Assembly (NCBI RefSeq): GCF_056746865.1
Contig: NZ_CM163382.1
DNA: 64,000 nucleotides
Reading direction: 5' to 3' (one strand)
Below, piece after piece: positions 1 through 9,315 of this stretch. The notes beneath the pieces are model-generated. The model had not been told where the DNA came from and did no database searches. It worked only from the letters and a program-made list of their open reading frames with translations. The stretch's first letter is position 1, and each line of letters begins with the position of its first letter. Position numbers and translations under genes: made by a program.

Positions 1-718
1 GTGCTTCCGCCTGGAGGTAACGCCGTCCGTCAGTTTTGACCTCACATTTCATGCGATGGTTGCCACTCCAGCCCAGATGTACGGCCCACACCTCGCCCTG
101 CTGTTCTGAGAAACCGGGGGCACCGGCAATCAGTGCCGGAAAATGCTCATGGGACGTGCGGCCCCGGCGGTTCTCCAGCACAAAACCGTCATGTGTGAGA
201 CGGACCCTGTGCGGCTGAAACTCACGAGTCCAGCGTCCGTGGAAGGCCATGACTTCCTCTGCCCTTTCAGCCACAGGGAGCGTGATGGCGAAGCGGTTCA
301 CCTGCCAGTCCCCTTCACGGAGGTTCGTCAGGGCATGACGCATCTTCAGCACACCGGACGATGTCAGCACCAGTTCACTGACCATGCGCAGACCCGCCAC
401 TGCATCCTCACTGGTCAGGGTGAGTGATTCTCCGGCCTGTACCACGCTGATGGTACGGAACACAGGGGACGCATCCAGCCCGTTGCGGTGTCCCTCCAGC
501 CCCGGCGAGCCAAAAAGTCCCGCGCCGTTTTCGGCCATCAGCGTCAGTGGGGTGTCGGTATCCAGACGACCATTCGCAACCGGCCTTTCCAGGCTGATAC
601 AGTCATCCGGTGAAAAGTGTTTCAGGGTGGATCCCCACCAGACAATCTCTGCATACGGGTGGGTTTTAATAATCAGGTCTGAGTGGGGACTGGTCAGCCT
701 GCGGTACATCGGTTCCAT
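1..718 (-). CDS. alpha-galactosidase-like protein (RafA-like), 5' portion only; runs off the left window edge
   Basis: Open frame on the minus strand from ATG at 716-718 (translation MEPMYRRLTSPHSDLIIKTHPYAEIVWWG...) with GGAG about 8 nt upstream, translated by hand and open to position 1. Not in the ORF track because it has no stop in the window. Family assignment is from context (LacI-type repressor plus twin operators directly upstream) and an RRGRTSHEHFP-type motif recalled from GH36 enzymes. Confidence 0.5.
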   Translation of the reverse strand, partial: MEPMYRRLTSPHSDLIIKTHPYAEIVWWGSTLKHFSPDDCISLERPVANGRLDTDTPLTLMAENGAGLFGSPGLEGHRNGLDASPVFRTISVVQAGESLTLTSEDAVAGLRMVSELVLTSSGVLKMRHALTNLREGDWQVNRFAITLPVAERAEEVMAFHGRWTREFQPHRVRLTHDGFVLENRRGRTSHEHFPALIAGAPGFSEQQGEVWAVHLGWSGNHRMKCEVKTDGRRYLQAEA

Positions 719-755
719 AAGACATCTCCGTTTTCGGGTATGCCTTACTGTTGAT

Positions 756-790
756 CCGAATCGTTTCGGATAGCAACCGAAACGATTCGA
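756..790. promoter_or_regulatory. twin palindromic operator-like sites (ccgaatcgtttcgg / ccgaaacgattcga) between the repressor gene and the alpha-galactosidase start
   Basis: Two 14-bp near-palindromes at 756-769 and 777-790 that are reverse complements of each other (13/14), separated by 7 bp, 38-70 bp upstream of the ATG at 718. Confidence 0.55.
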
Positions 791-811
791 ATTTGTGAGC
801 GGGATTAAAAA

Positions 812-1822
812 TCAGGCGGAGGGAGCAAGCGTTGTCTTGCCAGGATGAAATTCCGGCTGCCAGAGTACTTGTAGCATTTCAGGTGAAACATTCGTGACCA
901 GCTGGCGTATCATGTCGTCAATCTGACGACCGACGCGATGTCGTGTTGACTGAAGAACTGCAGCCACATCCTGTTCAATAATACTGTCCTGCGGCAGACC
1001 ATCATAAACCACAAGAGAGACGGCATCCTCTCCGGACAGATGACCGGATAACTGCAGCGACATGGCCGCGCCATCACCGATCAGGTCACTGTCGGTAATA
1101 ATGGCCGTCGGGGGAAGCGGAAGTGACATTAACTCAGTCACTGCCTGGAAACCTGAGCGTCGGGTGGGAGAGACCCGGCGTAGCCAGGTCTCAGGCAGAC
1201 CATGTTCACTCAGGGCATCGCGCCATCCCTGACGTCGTGCAGTGACATAGGCACGGGAGTTGTCCTCACTCAGCAGGGCAATTCGCTGATGGCCCAGGGC
1301 AATCAGGTGCTGTGTGGCCTGCCAGGTTCCTGCATGGTTATCAAAGTCAAACCAGGCACAGGGAAGACCGGACGGCACCTGACCGAGTGCCAGAAACGGA
1401 ATACCGGCCTCCTGCAGGTGTGTAAGACGCGGGTCATTATCCATCGTGTGCGCCACGATAAGGGCATCAACCCGGCGGCTTTCGACCAGACGCATATAGC
1501 TGTGGCTGTCAGCCCGTTCATCATCGGCTATCAGCAGTAAGTCAATATCATGGCGGGCCAGTTCCCGGCTGATACAACTGACCATATCCACAAACACACT
1601 ACTGCTGAACAGTACAGCATGTTCAGGGAAGACCAGGCCGACCGCATCGGTTTTACCGGTTTTGAGACGTCTTGCCAGGGTATTCGGGCGATAACCACGA
1701 CGCCGAGCTTCCGCTTCTACACGTGCACGGGTCGAAGCGGAAACGTCCGAAAATCCGCCAAGCGCCCGGCTGACTGTGGTGACAGAGATCCCGAGTTCGG
1801 CGGCGATAGCCTTGAGTGACAT
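812..1822 (-). CDS. LacI-family transcriptional repressor (RafR-like), 336 aa
   Basis: ORF 812..1822; N-terminal LacI-type HTH (LKAIAAELGISVTTVSRAL); AGGAG 7 nt upstream of the ATG. Confidence 0.75.
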   Translation of the reverse strand: MSLKAIAAELGISVTTVSRALGGFSDVSASTRARVEAEARRRGYRPNTLARRLKTGKTDAVGLVFPEHAVLFSSSVFVDMVSCISRELARHDIDLLLIADDERADSHSYMRLVESRRVDALIVAHTMDNDPRLTHLQEAGIPFLALGQVPSGLPCAWFDFDNHAGTWQATQHLIALGHQRIALLSEDNSRAYVTARRQGWRDALSEHGLPETWLRRVSPTRRSGFQAVTELMSLPLPPTAIITDSDLIGDGAAMSLQLSGHLSGEDAVSLVVYDGLPQDSIIEQDVAAVLQSTRHRVGRQIDDMIRQLVTNVSPEMLQVLWQPEFHPGKTTLAPSA

Positions 1823-2156
1823 ATTTTCTCCTGCGGATAACTGAACAGCCCTGTCCCTGATGCGGGTGATCCGGGCAACAAACCTGACAGAGACGCCTGC
1901 ATAAGTGGTCGCGCTGTACCAGTATGAGCCTCCATCATCCTGATTTGTGTATTAACTTTCAATACCGGAGGACGATTTGATTACCGGTTGTTAGCAGGAG
2001 TGCGAATATTAGACCGACGGTGGAGATCTAAGACTCAGTGAGCATAGCGATACACTATATTACTGTAATTAAGCCAGTAAACTTCCTGTTCACTGGCTTA
2101 AACGCTAATGATGTATGCAGTTGAACAAGCTTTTAAACTAATGATTAATTGATATA

Positions 2157-3245
2157 TAGACTGGCCCCCTGAATCTCCAGACAATCAATATCACTTAAAT
2201 AAGTGATAGTCTTAATACTAGTTTCTAGACTAGTCATTGGAGAATAGATGATTGATGTCTTAGGGCCGGAGAAACGCAGACGGCGTACTACACAGGAAAA
2301 GATCGCTATTGTTCAGCAGAGCTTTGAACCGGGAATGACGGTCTCCCTTGTTGCCCGGGGATGGGGAGTAAGCTTAGTCAGCCGTTGTCTCCGGGTGTCG
2401 CGTGCGCAGTTGCACGTCATTCTCAGACGAACCGATGACTGGAAAGATGGTCGCCGCAGCCGTCACTCAGATGATACGGATGTGCTTCTCCGTATACACC
2501 ATGTTATCGGAGAGCTGCCCACGTATGGTTATCGTCGGGTATGGGCGCTGCTTCGCAGACAGGCCGAACTTGATGGTATGCCTGCTATCAATGCCAAACG
2601 TGTTTACCGGATCATGCGCCAGAATGCGCTGTTGCTTGAGCGAAAAACCGCTGTACCGCCATCGAAACGGGCACATACTGGCAAAGTGGCCGTGAAAGAA
2701 AGCAATCAACGATGGTGCTCTGACGGGTTCGAGTTCCGCTGTGATAACGGAGAAAAACTGGGGGTCACGTTCGCGCTGGACTGCTGTGACCGTGAGGCAC
2801 TGCACTGGGCGGTCACTACGGGCGGCTTCGACAGTGAAACAGTACAGGACGTCATGCTGGGAGCGGTGGAACGCCGCTTCGGCAGCGAGCTTCCGACATC
2901 TCCAGTGGAGTGGCTGACGGATAATGGTTCATGCTACCGGGCTAATGAAACACGCCAGTTCGCCCGGATGCTGGGACTTGAACCGAAGAACACGGCGGTG
3001 CGGAGTCCGGAGAGTAACGGCATAGCAGAGAGCTTCGTGAAAACGATAAAGCGTGATTACATCAGTATCATGCCCAAACCAGACGGGTTAACGGCAGCAA
3101 AGAACCTTGCAGAGGCGTTCGAGCATTATAACGAATGGCATCCGCATAGTGCACTGGGTTATCGCTCGCCACGGGAATATCTACGGCAGCGGGCCAGTAA
3201 TGGGTTAAGTGATAACAGGTGTCTGGAAATATAGGGGCAAATCCA
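2157..3245 (+). mobile_element. IS2 derivative with an internal deletion of about 242 bp (1089 bp here against about 1331 bp for intact IS2); no 5-bp target-site duplication
   Basis: Left end TAGACTGGCCCCCTGAATCTCCAGACAA at 2157 and right end GGGGCAAATCCA ending at 3245 match the IS2 termini as I recall them. Flanks gatata / atggcg are not a direct repeat. Confidence 0.85.
2248..3234 (+). CDS. IS2 transposase, in-frame fusion of the first ~37 codons of orfA (InsC) to orfB (InsD) created by the internal deletion; 328 aa
   Basis: ORF begins [37 protein letters not shown] (InsC N-terminus) and continues [20 protein letters not shown]... (InsD). The junction lies at a GCCCGG motif; the full identity of the short repeat on the two sides is from the remembered IS2 sequence. 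Confidence 0.8.
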   Translation: MIDVLGPEKRRRRTTQEKIAIVQQSFEPGMTVSLVARGWGVSLVSRCLRVSRAQLHVILRRTDDWKDGRRSRHSDDTDVLLRIHHVIGELPTYGYRRVWALLRRQAELDGMPAINAKRVYRIMRQNALLLERKTAVPPSKRAHTGKVAVKESNQRWCSDGFEFRCDNGEKLGVTFALDCCDREALHWAVTTGGFDSETVQDVMLGAVERRFGSELPTSPVEWLTDNGSCYRANETRQFARMLGLEPKNTAVRSPESNGIAESFVKTIKRDYISIMPKPDGLTAAKNLAEAFEHYNEWHPHSALGYRSPREYLRQRASNGLSDNRCLEI

Positions 3246-3440
3246 ATGGCGCAGATACGCTTGCGGATCGATACCATTCAGACAGCAGGTCCGTTCACTA
3301 CCGTAATCGCTGCCGAAGAACACATTGATTGCCCCTCAATAATCCTGCCGTCAACGTCAAAATTGCTGGTCGGGCTCGACTTATTTAATTGTGTAAACAG
3401 GGCCTCTCAGCGAAAGGCCCTTATGCATCACCTGACGTCG

Positions 3441-4007
3441 TTAAAAGTCACTACACCCAAGATGACGTTCAATGGCACCATGCGATTCAATGTAAGCCTG
3501 GGCCGTCTGTTCCAGTACACCAGGCTCAGCGTTGTATGTGTTAGCTGCATCAAATACCAACGACAGCACTTCAGGATACACAACCAGATGTGTAATGGAG
3601 TTATCTTCACCCAATACTTTTCCCCACGCCTGCTCAATCAGATTTCTGAGAGCCACCACCTCACGACTCTTACACCAGACATCGTTATTAAGTAGCAGTA
3701 CCATAAGATAAGGAGTGGTATCGTTAGCCACAGCTTCCCTACTCCAGAGATAATATAAAGGGGCGGGCTCAACAGATTTATCTTTACGTCGCTTGCACTG
3801 CAAATATTCAGAAATTAGTCTATGCAGTTCACCAGTAAAATCAGCCATCAGAGAGGGAATTGCCTTGTTCATACCTGGGCAAGGTATTAATTTAAATTGT
3901 AATAATTTAATTTTAGGATGTGTAGCTGCAGCCCGATACAGAGTTGCAAGGACATACTTTTGCCAGAGGGCGTTACAGGAAAGCTTAACGTTTGATTCTG
4001 TATACAT
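3441..4007 (-). CDS. hypothetical protein, 188 aa, co-transcribed with the upstream Gp2-like gene (27-bp gap)
   Basis: ORF 3441..4007; AAGGTG 8 nt upstream of the ATG; no recognisable motif. Confidence 0.5.
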   Translation of the reverse strand: MYTESNVKLSCNALWQKYVLATLYRAAATHPKIKLLQFKLIPCPGMNKAIPSLMADFTGELHRLISEYLQCKRRKDKSVEPAPLYYLWSREAVANDTTPYLMVLLLNNDVWCKSREVVALRNLIEQAWGKVLGEDNSITHLVVYPEVLSLVFDAANTYNAEPGVLEQTAQAYIESHGAIERHLGCSDF

Positions 4008-4034
4008 AATAAATCACCTTACAGTTACAATAGG

Positions 4035-4649
4035 TCAAAAACCGCTGTAGCCAAAGTTACGCTGGCCTGATGCTTTAGTGTCGAGCTTCGTCAGATAATC
4101 CAGACGTGCCAATAAGCGCTGATATTGCTCAGGGAAATCAGGATCGTTAATATCCAGGATGTAACGTCCATTAGCAGGGAAATGAACTAGTCCCTGGTGA
4201 TCTTCCAGTTCTAACCCTAAGGCACTGTACCAGGCTCCGGTAATTAACCCTCTCAGGGTGTCAGAGCGCTCATAGTCTCCCAGGTGGTAATAGGCGTCTT
4301 TGTTAAAAAAAAGGCAGACGTGATAATGACATTTAAAGGACTGCGTATATTCTTTCGCCCAGATAATACAAACCGACGTTGCGTAGGTGCGTTTGCCTTG
4401 TTGTTTTTTACGGTGTTGATCTGCATTAATTTTCGCATTCAGCGAGTTACGGAAACGAGATATCTCTCCGGGACTCAGGTTAGGAAAACAGGTAATGGTA
4501 TCCCCGTTGTCAATCACGGGAGGATAATGGAGATCCACCCGTATTGCCGTTATTCTGGGATGTTTCTGGAAGAGGTTATTCACCTGGTTTCTTATTTTTA
4601 ACCCGTGAGCCTCATGACATTCACCGTAAAGAGTTTCAATCGTAATCAT
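4035..4649 (-). CDS. YagK/YfjJ-type (inovirus Gp2-like) protein with an HUH-type motif, 204 aa
   Basis: ORF 4035..4649; motif KCHYHVCLFF (H-hydrophobic-H) followed by tyrosines (YYHLGDY); AAGGA upstream. Family call is from memory of similar proteins in P4-like cryptic elements. Confidence 0.55.
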   Translation of the reverse strand: MITIETLYGECHEAHGLKIRNQVNNLFQKHPRITAIRVDLHYPPVIDNGDTITCFPNLSPGEISRFRNSLNAKINADQHRKKQQGKRTYATSVCIIWAKEYTQSFKCHYHVCLFFNKDAYYHLGDYERSDTLRGLITGAWYSALGLELEDHQGLVHFPANGRYILDINDPDFPEQYQRLLARLDYLTKLDTKASGQRNFGYSGF

Positions 4650-5030
4650 GTTAATATTCCTTTTGCTTTCAGAGATAAGCTAATAGTTAACCTACCCAAT
4701 ACACAACAGAAGCAGATATTAATATTCGTATCAGTAGTTCCCAGAGGGATATATAACCCTCTGGGCGTCAATTAAGAAAAACGCTACTGCCTATTGTTAC
4801 ATTAGAGAACAGGATGATGTTACACAGTTACATTAGAACGTTCTAAAACATTAAACAGAGTTATGATCTACACACAACTAATTATTTGGTATCAGAATAC
4901 CATTAGCTCTATTAGTACATCATATCCATCATTACACATATACTATACATCACAGATATAATATATATTACCTATCCAACGCACATGTATTTATAACTCC
5001 ATTGCCAATAGCTACAAGGACTATAAAATG

Positions 5031-5591
5031 TTACTCTGCAGTTAGATCAACAATACCTTTATCCCAGTGTCTTTTTACAGTGGATAAACTGATGCTTAAT
5101 TTTCTGGCTGTTTGTGACTGACTGAACCCCTGCAATTTCAACTGTCTGATATTTTTACTATGAATACTCCCTTCTTTCCTTCCTGGTTTTCTTTTAATTT
5201 TCCGGATACTGATGTCGGGAATTTTTCCTCTAATATCTGTAGGTAAAATCATCCCGGTGAGTACCACAGGAATATCATCACCATCCGGCAACTCTGATGA
5301 CGTAAAAAAGCAAATATTAATACCTTGTCTGATACTTAAAGATAAAACCTCCTGTATTTTTTCCGGCGTATTACCAAAACAAGTTAACGATTTAGTAATC
5401 AGAATATCACCCCTTTGCATATCCTGCGTCAGGAGTCGAACTAACCGTTTTCTGTCTGCCAGAGTATAATCCGGGCGACCCAATTCGCCTGTTAACTGCA
5501 ATAGTGGTTCTTTAAAATATCTCTGAATCATGGATTTTAAGCGATTAAGTTTTGACCATTTTTCAGAGTCTATGTATGCAAAACTCGCCAT
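5031..5591 (-). CDS. serine-recombinase (resolvase)-like DNA-binding protein, probably catalytically inactive, 186 aa
   Basis: ORF 5031..5591. GDILITKSLTCFGNT aligns by eye to the resolvase GDxLVVxxLDRLGRS motif but lacks the two Arg; N-terminus FAYIDSEK instead of YxRVSTxxQ; C-terminal HTH (TARKLSISLSTVKRHW). Confidence 0.5.
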   Translation of the reverse strand: MASFAYIDSEKWSKLNRLKSMIQRYFKEPLLQLTGELGRPDYTLADRKRLVRLLTQDMQRGDILITKSLTCFGNTPEKIQEVLSLSIRQGINICFFTSSELPDGDDIPVVLTGMILPTDIRGKIPDISIRKIKRKPGRKEGSIHSKNIRQLKLQGFSQSQTARKLSISLSTVKRHWDKGIVDLTAE

Positions 5592-5812
5592 AATGCCTCA
5601 AACTGGTGTCATGAATTAATTATTGAACCTGTTTTTTCCTGAGTCGCATTACTCTTTTCTAAGGGAGGCTCTCCAGATACATCGGAAAAGTACTCGATAA
5701 AAGAGTTGGCCACTCCCGGGTAATGATTGCTCTCTTTAACCTCAGAAAGCGGTTTCTGTTCATCATTTACACCACGATTTCTGGGTTATGAATAAATCTA
5801 CGCGGGCCATAA

Positions 5813-6559
5813 TCATTCATCTTCAAATGGGTTAATAATAATAACATCTCCACCTGTTCTGGAACTTTGTGAAACTTCCTCTGTTCTCAGAACAGGCACT
5901 ATTACAGCCTTATTATTGATATAAAAAATCGGAATATGAAAAGTACAAAATCCTGTACTACGAATCTGATGTCGCCTCACTGTTTCTTTCGTACCATACT
6001 CAATCAACTCATCTATCGGCAGGCAAACTGAATTGCAAAAGTCAAAAAAATAATCCCCAAAAACACTGGTTTTAATCAGAATGGTTTTATAAAACCCTCC
6101 TGCACGATTCAGGGTATGGGAAACTTTTCTGTTCGTGTAAATACAAATTGCCTTCTCAACTTTATAATATTCCAGCATTAAGGTCGCATTCTCTTTAATT
6201 CCCTTTTTCTCTGCAACTCCCATAGCATTTCTGGTGCTTTCATGAGGAAATATCTTTCTATCGAGAACATCATATTCATATTTGATATGCGATTTATAAA
6301 TGCTATGAAAAAACTCTCCTTTTGTTATTTCAGGCTTTGTCCGTTGCACAAATGGTTCCTCATTAAAAAACTGACGTAGCTTATCCTCTATATCAGTTAT
6401 AGCAGCAATATTTTCATTTATCCTGTTTAAAACAGGAGCCCCTAGCTTTAAACACTCTTTAATCGCTGCTGAAAATGAGCATTTTTTTAAATGCTGATAC
6501 TTTTTAATTACATCAGCTTCATATGTTTCTGCAAGAGAGAAAGAGACACGTTTCATCAT
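5813..6559 (-). CDS. hypothetical protein, 248 aa; N-terminal ~45 aa resemble a ribbon-helix-helix DNA-binding fold, C-terminal ~200 aa unassigned
   Basis: ORF 5813..6559; strong RBS AAGGAG 5 nt before ATGATG; AT-rich coding sequence; N-terminus KRVSFSLAETYEADVIKKYQ...FSAAIKECLKLG has a strand-helix-helix pattern. Confidence 0.55.
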   Translation of the reverse strand: MMKRVSFSLAETYEADVIKKYQHLKKCSFSAAIKECLKLGAPVLNRINENIAAITDIEDKLRQFFNEEPFVQRTKPEITKGEFFHSIYKSHIKYEYDVLDRKIFPHESTRNAMGVAEKKGIKENATLMLEYYKVEKAICIYTNRKVSHTLNRAGGFYKTILIKTSVFGDYFFDFCNSVCLPIDELIEYGTKETVRRHQIRSTGFCTFHIPIFYINNKAVIVPVLRTEEVSQSSRTGGDVIIINPFEDE

Positions 6560-6621
6560 GAAACTCCTTTTTAATTATAAAATTAAAATATAGAAATATA
6601 TATTATTCTGATACTATAAGG

Positions 6622-6849
6622 TTAATACTGACTAATCCACCACAATAGATCACTTAATAACCACCCACAGGATTTCTTTCCAATAGTTTTACGTGGCGGG
6701 AATTTTCCTTCACGTTCCAGTTTCCAGGCTTGTGAACGAGAAATAGACGTAATTTTCTGGCGTTCCTTTTCTCGTACCAGTCTGTCACAGGTGTATCCAT
6801 AGATCTTCAAAATTGATAAACGGTTCTCATCTCTTAACGGCTTCCACAT
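6622..6849 (-). CDS. AlpA-family prophage transcriptional regulator / excisionase-like protein, 75 aa
   Basis: ORF 6622..6849; SRSQAWKLEREGKFPPRKTIGKKSCGWLLSDLLWW resembles the AlpA HTH core; AGGAGA RBS. Confidence 0.65.
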   Translation of the reverse strand: MWKPLRDENRLSILKIYGYTCDRLVREKERQKITSISRSQAWKLEREGKFPPRKTIGKKSCGWLLSDLLWWISQY

Positions 6850-7628
6850 ATTGCTCTCCTTATATATTCATGATTTTCAGATTGTATATGCATGTGAGCT
6901 GCTCAAATCACTACATCTATCTGTAGTGGTATGCTGTTGAACAGCACCAGCAACTCACGAGCAAAACAATACATTTGCACAACCAAGAAATCAAATTGCG
7001 AGAAATGATTTAATTAACTGACTTCTAATAACACAATAACAACAAAGAAAGTCACAATATAAAAATAACTTAAACAATGCTTTTTGGTATACAAAATAAA
7101 AATCAAAATCACAATATTCGTAGGTTATTTTATGCAGACAAAAACAAAAAAAATCTTGTTATAATCTATGATATCAAGAGGAGGGGTAGTGACCAAAAAT
7201 TCTCCCCAGAAAAGCCCCCACAACATTAGTTTGAAAACGTGACGAAGTTCACAAAATTATCTTCTGGCGATAATAGAACTTGTAAGAGGGAGTTGATTTT
7301 TGCCAACTTTCTAAAGCTAAAGTGCAGACAAAAGATAATAATTGAATGAAAACGATACATATTTTCAGATGAAAGTGACGTGACTGTAGAGGGCTATAAC
7401 CGTAAAATCATTTGCGTCCTGAGCAATATGCAACAAAAGGGAATGCTCGTAAAAAAATCAGGAATAAACGCTAAGGATATCGTATTAGATTCAGCATCGT
7501 ATAATGCCACTGCATAACTGATTCCCATTTCGTAGAGGCTGTTAACTCTGTATCAATGTCCTGACAAAGGACTGTATCAAGTTTCTCTACTGGAAACAGC
7601 TATGCAATAGACGGAAGAATTTAACATT

Positions 7629-9233
7629 ATGGTAACTAAAAAGGTAAAAACAAACCACCCGTACTATCGTGTTTTATCCGGCACCTCCATGCCGTTTCCC
7701 CACATACATGAAGCTGTTTCCGAACAGTTGCTTCTACTCATTTTCAAAGCACGCAGATTGTATCTGGATCCAGAATATCGTCCTTGGTTTGATGAACAAC
7801 ATCGGATTCTCTCGGCATTACGCGCTAACACAAAACTCCAAAGTATTTTAGAGAAAAACAGAGAGAACTACTCCATAAGTGAGACCGATAATCCACTATC
7901 TAAAGATCTGTATGCTGCTTTTCAGGTTATGTGCCATTTATACAATGGTTTTGATAACAGACTCGTCAGCCTGAAAACCTGGGGAGATATGAACAGGGAA
8001 CCAACAGCAAAATTTGTCGGCCAAAATAGTGGTGGCTGGAAAACACCTGAGATGGAAGAATTCGTCAGAAACGATTTGTTCAATATTCTGACAGATTGTA
8101 AAGCTCATTGCTCACCACTTCCCGCTCTGGTTCGACAAGGATATTGCCATCAGGATCTTTCTGTTGCGCACTCATGTACTAAAGAATTACTGGAACAACT
8201 GAACCGATACCATCAAATTGATGAATCAGCGATACTTGCCAGAACCCTTGGTTTGGCTATTAACAACTGCTATCACTCAGAAACAGAGATTCCTGAATGG
8301 CTTTCTCCTTTTGAAAATGAATACAAAAGTCCCTGGAATTGTGAGAAACCAGATACTAACGATGTGAGTAAACTTAGAAAACAATTGCTAACAATCGGGC
8401 GTACAGAATTCGTGGACAAAATGTTTTCGCTAGCCAACAAAAATGCAACAAAGATAATATATGATGGATACGTTAAACTTTATGCTCTGGAAATATATGA
8501 ATGGTTAAATAAATTAGTGCAATATTTTAAAGGAAATGATTTTATTCGTTACACCTGGAAGTTCACAACAATTATTTCCGATGAAAGTGACACGATTGAA
8601 AACACCACCGCATGGGAAAAAGACTATTGTCAAATCACTATACAGCGTGATGAACTTCTGAAACTGATTTATACCAATACCCTGCAGGATGCAGCAATGA
8701 ATCTTGCTGATTGCCTGCAACAGGCATACACAGAACCGTTAAAAATGGAAATAAATTATCCAGGAATAAACATTGATGCAAAAGAGCGTAAAATTAGAAA
8801 ATCTATTGAATTCAGGAGCGAACTGAATAACTTCACAAACATCATGAAACAACTGGAAATATTTGAAAAATGGTATAACGCCAATAAAATTCTGTTGGTA
8901 AGTAACAAAAAGATACGTACAGAAAAGATTGACGTGAATATTCGTCTTGCAGGACTAAAAGGCTATGATCTGAATGAAGGTATACCTGATGGTCAGGGAC
9001 GCAGAATTAAAGATGGTGTAAATGAACTTGTCAAGGCAGATGGCAGTCTACAACTTCCACAAGATATCAGTGACACTTCGCTTAACCGTTACCGTCAAGC
9101 AGTTCAACACATTATTAAGGATGAGATCGACACGTTGCTGATAGCACAGAGGGAAAAAAATAAAATAAATCCATATAGCGAAGATAGATACTCGATACGA
9201 CCTTTATGGGGAAAATGTCTGGTCGAACAGTAA
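7629..9233 (+). CDS. hypothetical protein, 534 aa, no domain recognisable by eye; integrase-proximal cargo
   Basis: ORF 7629..9233; GGAAG upstream of the ATG; AT-rich; preceded by a 780-bp AT-rich non-coding region. Confidence 0.6.
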   Translation: MVTKKVKTNHPYYRVLSGTSMPFPHIHEAVSEQLLLLIFKARRLYLDPEYRPWFDEQHRILSALRANTKLQSILEKNRENYSISETDNPLSKDLYAAFQVMCHLYNGFDNRLVSLKTWGDMNREPTAKFVGQNSGGWKTPEMEEFVRNDLFNILTDCKAHCSPLPALVRQGYCHQDLSVAHSCTKELLEQLNRYHQIDESAILARTLGLAINNCYHSETEIPEWLSPFENEYKSPWNCEKPDTNDVSKLRKQLLTIGRTEFVDKMFSLANKNATKIIYDGYVKLYALEIYEWLNKLVQYFKGNDFIRYTWKFTTIISDESDTIENTTAWEKDYCQITIQRDELLKLIYTNTLQDAAMNLADCLQQAYTEPLKMEINYPGINIDAKERKIRKSIEFRSELNNFTNIMKQLEIFEKWYNANKILLVSNKKIRTEKIDVNIRLAGLKGYDLNEGIPDGQGRRIKDGVNELVKADGSLQLPQDISDTSLNRYRQAVQHIIKDEIDTLLIAQREKNKINPYSEDRYSIRPLWGKCLVEQ

Positions 9234-9315
9234 CTCACTGAGAAAGGGGATAGCAGTTCGCTATCCCCAAAGGAGACTTTCCAGCAAGATCTCAAAAAAT
9301 GAGACACTCAGCAAA

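Noticed and set aside
36-773. Three overlapping plus-strand ORFs (36..218, 143..427, 384..773)
   Set aside because: They lie antisense to, and in different frames from, the long minus-strand alpha-galactosidase-like frame that has a proper RBS and ATG at 718; most likely GC-rich frame artefacts.
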